Part shown: positions 58,096 to 64,000 of the stretch, piece by piece
Layout of the letters: each line of letters opens with the position of its first letter
Numbering within the stretch: position 1 is the stretch's first letter
From: Candidatus Woesearchaeota archaeon
GTDB lineage: Archaea; Nanobdellota; Nanobdellia; Woesearchaeales; ARS49
NCBI GenBank assembly: GCA_037445145.1
Contig: JBBILB010000006.1
Location: forward strand, 2,064-66,063
Length of the DNA: 64,000 nt
Reading direction: 5' to 3'
Notes under the pieces: generated by a model
What the model was told of the DNA's origin: nothing
Database searches by the model: none
The model's input: the letters and a program-made list of their open reading frames with translations, nothing else
Made by a program: the position numbers and the translations under genes

Positions 58096-58374
58096 GTGAA
58101 AAAAGAGGGTGTTGAGGCAAAGGACTACAGAAAATACGTAGCCAAAGTTATCTTCACTTATTCCACAGAGCACTTGCTGAAAAAGGACAAGGTCAGGTTC
58201 TATTATGCCCTGAAGGGTCGTGACGGCAAGACAGGCATTGTTAAGCGGTGCAAGATAGAGCAGCTCGGAAGGACTGTTTTGCTTGTCCCTGAGAAGTTTG
58301 CTTCTGAAGTTGATGATTTTCTGAGGTATTGGAAGTGCGAATACCAGCAAAGGAGGGTGCTAGTAGAACCATGA
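58096..58374 (+). CDS. Small basic protein (possible ferredoxin-like/Cas2-like fold)
   Basis: KVRFYYALKGR...LGRTVLLVP...FLRYW; TATA at about 58043. Confidence 0.5.
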   Translation: MKKEGVEAKDYRKYVAKVIFTYSTEHLLKKDKVRFYYALKGRDGKTGIVKRCKIEQLGRTVLLVPEKFASEVDDFLRYWKCEYQQRRVLVEP

Positions 58375-59348
58375 AGACAGAAACAAAGCTGGCACTGACA
58401 GTCTTCCTTTGCGCAGCGCTCATTGCAGCTGCATTGACAATCAGGGACATGAGCATTACAGGCCTTGTTACAGAGGGCATAAACATTCCTCCTGAGTATT
58501 CAGCAGCACCACTTTCAACCCATTCTGACACTGCCCTTACAATTGACCTTTCAAAGTATTTCACAGACCCTGATGGAGAAGCTCTCACGTTCCTCGCAAC
58601 AAATGAGGACCATGTAAACGTTGCTGTTGATGGCAGTATTATTACTTTTGTCCTTGCGCGTGGCTTTATTGGCGCAGTGCTTATACTTGCAGGCCTGCTT
58701 GCTTTGATGTCCTTGCTTGCCGGCAGGGAGAGGAGGATGCTGAAGCGCTGGAGCCTGCCTGTTGATGCATTGCTCTTAATATGCCTCTTGCTGGCAGTCT
58801 GGCATTACTTGTCGTGCAAGGAATTGCTGCTGGTTGAGACAATTGCGCTTGGCGTGCTTGCCTTGTTCGTGATTACTCTCAGGGCTGCTGACTATGTTGC
58901 AGCAAGAAGGCTGTCTGAGGAATCAACAGCACCAATTATTGAGCCTGGCGAAATGCCTGAAGTCCCGTCGTCAGAAGAGGAGGTTCCAGTGCCTGAGCCA
59001 GAGGAAATTCCTGTTCCAGAGCCGGAGGAGGCGCTAATGCCTGAAGAAATACCGGTGCGGGTTGAAAAGCCAGAGCTGGAAAAGAAGCCGGAAATGCCGC
59101 CGGAGCGCCCGGGAATGAAAAAAGTGTATGTGCCGATGCTTGAAGAAGTTGTGAAAAAGAGGAAGCAGGCAAGGAAAGTCATAATCACCAGTCCAAGGGA
59201 GCAGAAGCGCAGGAGGCAGCTGAAAGTAAGGGTTGCCCCGCCTGTTCTTGAGGAGGAAATGCGCGACTGGCGCGAGGTTGTCAAGAGGACAGGAAAGACG
59301 TTGAGGAAGCTTGACAGCACTTTGAGGAGGCTGAAGAAAAAGAAGTAA
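58371..59348 (+). CDS. Membrane protein with partial cadherin/Ig-like domain, TM bundle and Pro/Glu-rich tail
   Basis: DLSKYFTDPDGEALTF; EE(V/I)PVPEP repeats. Confidence 0.6.
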   Translation: MKTETKLALTVFLCAALIAAALTIRDMSITGLVTEGINIPPEYSAAPLSTHSDTALTIDLSKYFTDPDGEALTFLATNEDHVNVAVDGSIITFVLARGFIGAVLILAGLLALMSLLAGRERRMLKRWSLPVDALLLICLLLAVWHYLSCKELLLVETIALGVLALFVITLRAADYVAARRLSEESTAPIIEPGEMPEVPSSEEEVPVPEPEEIPVPEPEEALMPEEIPVRVEKPELEKKPEMPPERPGMKKVYVPMLEEVVKKRKQARKVIITSPREQKRRRQLKVRVAPPVLEEEMRDWREVVKRTGKTLRKLDSTLRRLKKKK

Positions 59349-59577
59349 TTAACCAAAAAACGATGGGGGTGTAAAGAATTGATTTTGCATAGCGCAAGTA
59401 AGGTAAAGTCCTGCCTTTTTGAAAATTCACAGGTTTTATCACGGAATTTTTCATATGCTCCTCCTCCCCCTAATTCATATGATGAAAGATATGAAAAAAA
59501 TTATTACAAAAACTATTACAATTCATAGTAACATTTATATAGGAAAAAGTGCTGAAAGAGCGTAAAAAGAGGAATTA

Positions 59578-59772
59578 ATGGCAATAATCAGGAAATTGCA
59601 GAGGACTAAGAAAGACCAGTATACTTTGACAATCCCGAAGATGCTAGTTGAGCTTCTCGGCTTGAAGGAGCAGGACGTGATTGAGTTCCAGCTCAAGGGC
59701 AATGAGCTTGTCCTGAAGAAGTCAGAAGACGAGTTTGTCCAGCTCAGGAAGAAGCGGGGTGGTAAGCAATGA
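59578..59772 (+). CDS. AbrB/MazE/SpoVT-family DNA-binding protein
   Basis: RKLQ...QYTLTIPK...LGLKEQD.IEF. Confidence 0.85.
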   Translation: MAIIRKLQRTKKDQYTLTIPKMLVELLGLKEQDVIEFQLKGNELVLKKSEDEFVQLRKKRGGKQ

Positions 59773-62700
59773 ACCGCAAGCTTGCCGTCCTGCTGATGGT
59801 TGCAGTGTTTGCAATGATGGCATTTGCTGTCCTGAAAGGCAGCCGTATGCCAACGGGATTTGCTGTTGATGCTGAAATATCCGAGAATTCGGCGCCTCTG
59901 TGGGTTGCAAATTCCACAACGTTTGATGTAAGCAGCGGAAGCCAGCTCGTATTGCGCCTTAATGAATTGTTTGTGGACCCGGAAGGGGAAGAACTGACAT
60001 TTATTGCCACAGAGTCAGAGAACCTGACAATTGATTTGCAGGAAAGCATACTAACCATTACTCCAGATGCAGGGTTTGCAGGCGAGCGTGTTGTGAGCAT
60101 TATGGCTTCTGATGGCTCGTCTGTCACAACTGCCCGCATCAGGATTAGCGTGGTTGGCGCTGCAATGCCAGAGCCGGTGCCAGAGGTTCCAGAGCCTGTG
60201 ATTAATGAAACCGCGCCTGTAATTAATGAGACTCTGCCGCAGGAGCCTGTTTTGAATGAGACACTGCCTGAACTCAATGAAACAATGCCTATGGGAAGGA
60301 TTGTTGCGCTGAATGAGGCTGTAAAGGACGAGGCAGGAAGTGTTGTTGGAAAGAAAGTCAGCGATGAAGAAGACTATGAAACATTCTTCACTTTTGTCGG
60401 AACAGAAAATGGCAGGTTTGTTGTCAGGTTCTACCATAACGCAAGCCAGCCATTGCCTGTGTGGGTTGAGGGCAATGTAAGTGCTGAGATAAGCACGGAA
60501 AATGCAGATGCCTTTGTTGAGGTTAATTTGAGTGTTCCATTAGGCGTGTCAGGCAATATTCCGCTGTTCAGGCTGCATGTTGGAGAGGAATCTGAAATAT
60601 TTGAGTTTGGCGCCCAGCAAGGAATACAGGAAGGCGGCCGAATCATGGCAACCTGCAATTCCTGCGATGAATGCACAACGTGTGCTGCAACGCCCGGAAA
60701 CACCTGCCAGCTGACAGGAGCAATTACTTCCACAGGAACTTGCATTACTGTTGGCGCTGACAATGTAGTGATTGATTGTGCTGGAAACACAATCACTTAC
60801 GGCACTGGTGGAGCAAGCAATGCGCACGGTGTTGCTGCAAGTAACAGGGTTGGCGTTACTGTTCAGAACTGCCTTATCCGTGACACGAACTCAGGAGGCA
60901 GTTATGGATACGCAGTCAATTTGACAAACACGACAAACAGTTATGTGCTGTATAACACGCTTGTTTCCAATGGTTCTTCATACTCGCACACAGTCCACCT
61001 TTACAGGAATGCAAGCTCTAACACGATTGCGTACAACAACATAACAGCCTGGTCCACAGGAGGTAGCAATTATGCTGTTTACTTGTATCTAGACACTCAC
61101 AATAATCTCGTGGAGAACAATTCCATACTAGTCAGGGGAGGAGGCTATTCCAATCGCGGAGTTTATGTGTATCACTATGTTGAGAATAACACAATCAGCA
61201 ACAACACCATTCTTTTACTAGGCACTACTTATAACAATGATGGTGTCGTGATAAATGATTATGCAAAAAACAACATTATTGTTAACAACAACATCACCGC
61301 ATTAGGACCTCTCAGTTATGGTGATGATGATGGAATAGTTATACAAAGTGTAGCGACAGGAACTGTCATTGCAGGAAACACAATATTCACAAACGGCAGT
61401 TATAGTAATCATGGAATCTATATTTCCTCGTATTCCCAGAATGGCACGGTTGCAAACAACACAATTGTTGCAACAGGTGTAACCGATAATAACATAGGCA
61501 TACGAATCACCACCTCTTCGCAGAACTATTCTATTGATAATAACAACATAACAACTAAGGGCGCATACGGTAATTATGGGATATATCTTGAAAGCAGCTC
61601 GCATAACTGCAGAATAACCAATAATGTAATTGCCACAAATGGAACTTCTTATTCGAATAAAGGAATTTATGTCACATCTAGCAGCAACATAAGCATTATT
61701 AACAACACAGTCAGCACAAGAGGAACTTACGAAAACCACGGAATTTTGCTCTCAACAACAAGTACCAACTCTGTTGTGTTCAATAATTCAATAAGGACAA
61801 ATGGAAGCAGCACGTATAATGATGGTATTTTGGTTTCCAGCAATTCTGACAATAACAGCATTGCTGACAATAATATATTAACAGCAGGCATTGACAGTCA
61901 AGGTATTAATATTCAGTCATCCCAAAACATCAGCCTTTCAGGAAACATTGTGAATGTTACAGGCAGCAGCGATGGCTTGTTTGTTTACGGCACACAGCCA
62001 ATACACTTTGTCACGCACGAAATAACAACCTCTAACACCATTAATGGCACGCCCATTTATTATTATGGTGGAAGGGGTGGCTCTCCTGCCTGCCCGAACA
62101 ATCAGGTGCTGGATAATCCAAGTGCTGCACAAATAGTAATGATTGGGTGCAATAACATAACCCTCACCAATTACAATGCTTATGAGCCAGTGACTCTTGT
62201 TAATTCCTCAAAAATCACTGTTGATTCTGTCAGGTTCTCTGGAAGCAGGTATGGGATAAGGTTGTTATTTGGAAGCTCTGACAACCTGGTGAATAACAGC
62301 AACATCAATGCCTCAAACACAACATTTAATGAGCAATATGCTGTTTGGATTATTGGCGCAGGAAACAACACAATAACGAACAACAACATAAGCGCAATAG
62401 GACAGCAGAACTATAACAAGGCAGTATTGTTGCAGGCTAACGCAAATTACAACAACTTCACAGGCAACACAATTGTAACTTATGGAACATCTGACAATTA
62501 CGGCATTCAGATAGAAGCCTCAGGAGGAAATGTTTTTGCAAACAACATCATCATGCCAAGAGGAAGCTCGTCAAGCAATTATGGCGTGTATCTTTATTCT
62601 GGCGCGTCAATGAACGTGCTTAACAATAACACAATAATAACAAACGGAACAGGTTACAATTCTGGCATTTATGCATACTATTATGCCCAGAACAACACTA

Positions 62701-64000
62701 TTGCCAACAACACAATACACGCTAGCGGAACAAGCACTAGCAATTACGGAATCCGCATTGATTCAGTCTCAGGGTTTAACAACATCACAGGCAACAATAT
62801 CAGGACATTGTCTCCAAGCTACAACGAGATTGGGATATACTTGTATTCCACAATACACAGAACACTTATTGCAAACAACAACATAAGCACAACAGGCACA
62901 AACGACAATTATGGAATATACATCAATAACGCGATTTACAATACCACAATAGCAAACAACACAATCTTCACAAGCGGCAGTGGGAGTGGTAATACAGGCA
63001 TTTATGGAACCGCAACAATTATTGATACAATTATTGAGAACAACACAATCAATGCCACAGGCGGCACAAACGCTAATTACGGAATTTATCTTGCTTCAAC
63101 CGCAAACCTCAATACAGTAGGAGGAAACACGATAAGCACAAACGGCACAGATACAAACATAGGTGTTTATCTCAGCAGTGCCAACTCAAACAGGATAATC
63201 AATAACACAATACGCACGCGGGGAACATCGTATGCAAATTACGGGGTTTATCTCACAACAACTTCAAACTACAACCAGGTCCACAATAACACGATAATAA
63301 CAAACGGGACAATAACCAATTACGGCATTTATCTTAGCACTTCAGATGCCAACAATGTATCTGACAATAACATAACAACAATTGGTACAGACAGCATTGG
63401 AATCAACATTGCTTCTTCGCAAAACAACAGCTTCTCAGGCAACAACATCATCAGTGAAGCAAATGCGCTGTCAGTCAGCGGAACAATAATTACCCATTAC
63501 ACCACGAACTCAATTTCGGCAGATAATTACAAGAATGATAGCCCAATTTATTATTATGGCGGTGCAGGGGACTCTCCTGCGTGCCCGAATGACCAAGTGC
63601 TGGACAACCCATTAGCAGCCCAAATTGACTTCCTTATGTGCAGGAATATTACCCTGCAGAACTTTGTGGTTTACAAGCATATTACGCTTGTTAATGTCTC
63701 AAACAGCACTATTGCGTACAATAACATTACAGGCAGGCACGGTGTGCTTGTATTGTTCAACAGCACAGGAAACAATGTCAGCTATAACAACATTTACATC
63801 ACAAACACGACATTTAGCGACGTGTATGGTGTTCTTGTGGGATACAATTCCAGTAAGAACATAGTTTCATCAAATATAATAACATCAAGAACAGCAACGT
63901 CATCAAACGTTGGTATTTTTGTGTATTATTCTGACAGTGTCAATGTTACAAACAACAACATAAGCATAAACGGCACAACAGGCAATTACGGAGTCTTGGT
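59769..64000 (+). CDS. Giant surface protein (Ig-like domain, PE linker, long beta-helix repeats); runs off the window, so absent from the ORF track
   Basis: ATG overlaps the abrB stop; MNRKLAVLLMV...PTGFAV...FVDPEGEELTF; Asn/Thr-rich repeats; duplicated PIYYYGG.G.SPACPN.QVLDNP in frame at 62052 and 63543. Confidence 0.85.
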   Translation, partial: MNRKLAVLLMVAVFAMMAFAVLKGSRMPTGFAVDAEISENSAPLWVANSTTFDVSSGSQLVLRLNELFVDPEGEELTFIATESENLTIDLQESILTITPDAGFAGERVVSIMASDGSSVTTARIRISVVGAAMPEPVPEVPEPVINETAPVINETLPQEPVLNETLPELNETMPMGRIVALNEAVKDEAGSVVGKKVSDEEDYETFFTFVGTENGRFVVRFYHNASQPLPVWVEGNVSAEISTENADAFVEVNLSVPLGVSGNIPLFRLHVGEESEIFEFGAQQGIQEGGRIMATCNSCDECTTCAATPGNTCQLTGAITSTGTCITVGADNVVIDCAGNTITYGTGGASNAHGVAASNRVGVTVQNCLIRDTNSGGSYGYAVNLTNTTNSYVLYNTLVSNGSSYSHTVHLYRNASSNTIAYNNITAWSTGGSNYAVYLYLDTHNNLVENNSILVRGGGYSNRGVYVYHYVENNTISNNTILLLGTTYNNDGVVINDYAKNNIIVNNNITALGPLSYGDDDGIVIQSVATGTVIAGNTIFTNGSYSNHGIYISSYSQNGTVANNTIVATGVTDNNIGIRITTSSQNYSIDNNNITTKGAYGNYGIYLESSSHNCRITNNVIATNGTSYSNKGIYVTSSSNISIINNTVSTRGTYENHGILLSTTSTNSVVFNNSIRTNGSSTYNDGILVSSNSDNNSIADNNILTAGIDSQGINIQSSQNISLSGNIVNVTGSSDGLFVYGTQPIHFVTHEITTSNTINGTPIYYYGGRGGSPACPNNQVLDNPSAAQIVMIGCNNITLTNYNAYEPVTLVNSSKITVDSVRFSGSRYGIRLLFGSSDNLVNNSNINASNTTFNEQYAVWIIGAGNNTITNNNISAIGQQNYNKAVLLQANANYNNFTGNTIVTYGTSDNYGIQIEASGGNVFANNIIMPRGSSSSNYGVYLYSGASMNVLNNNTIITNGTGYNSGIYAYYYAQNNTIANNTIHASGTSTSNYGIRIDSVSGFNNITGNNIRTLSPSYNEIGIYLYSTIHRTLIANNNISTTGTNDNYGIYINNAIYNTTIANNTIFTSGSGSGNTGIYGTATIIDTIIENNTINATGGTNANYGIYLASTANLNTVGGNTISTNGTDTNIGVYLSSANSNRIINNTIRTRGTSYANYGVYLTTTSNYNQVHNNTIITNGTITNYGIYLSTSDANNVSDNNITTIGTDSIGINIASSQNNSFSGNNIISEANALSVSGTIITHYTTNSISADNYKNDSPIYYYGGAGDSPACPNDQVLDNPLAAQIDFLMCRNITLQNFVVYKHITLVNVSNSTIAYNNITGRHGVLVLFNSTGNNVSYNNIYITNTTFSDVYGVLVGYNSSKNIVSSNIITSRTATSSNVGIFVYYSDSVNVTNNNISINGTTGNYGVL

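Noticed and set aside
59281-59454. Small - strand ORF with a strong GGAGGAGG SD
   Set aside because: It overlaps the convergent gene's 3' end and the translation has no recognisable features.

Overview
Archaeal chromosomal segment. The gene content (aIF2-alpha, Nop10, L44e/S27e, GINS, thermosome, Spt5, Rpp21, a short histone, TATA boxes with GAGGTGA SD sites) plus bacterial-type glycolysis suggests a DPANN archaeon, most likely Woesearchaeota (inference). Most of the window is housekeeping. The strongest candidate for a new system is an operon on the - strand, nrdJ - nrdR - nrdJ* - pduO (13879-20043). The first class II ribonucleotide reductase is canonical. The second is full length, has an ATP cone and keeps the thiyl-radical Cys. 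However, it has lost both active-site redox Cys and both C-terminal shuttle Cys, and its NPCGE motif reads DPCGD. That points to a B12 radical enzyme with non-reductive chemistry or a regulatory pseudo-enzyme. A NrdR box lies in the operon leader. Other notable items: (1) an array of five separately transcribed pilin-like genes with a conserved leader and variable 4-Cys tips; (2) three families of intergenic structured repeats with compensatory base changes, one with a conserved pseudoknot; (3) an AT-rich S66 peptidase split at a T10 tract and followed by an attC-like site; (4) bacterial envelope/acyl enzymes (LspA, PlsC plus an adenylating ligase, LpxA-like) in an archaeon. No rRNA, tRNA or CRISPR array was recognised. 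All calls come from motif reading by eye; no searches were run.
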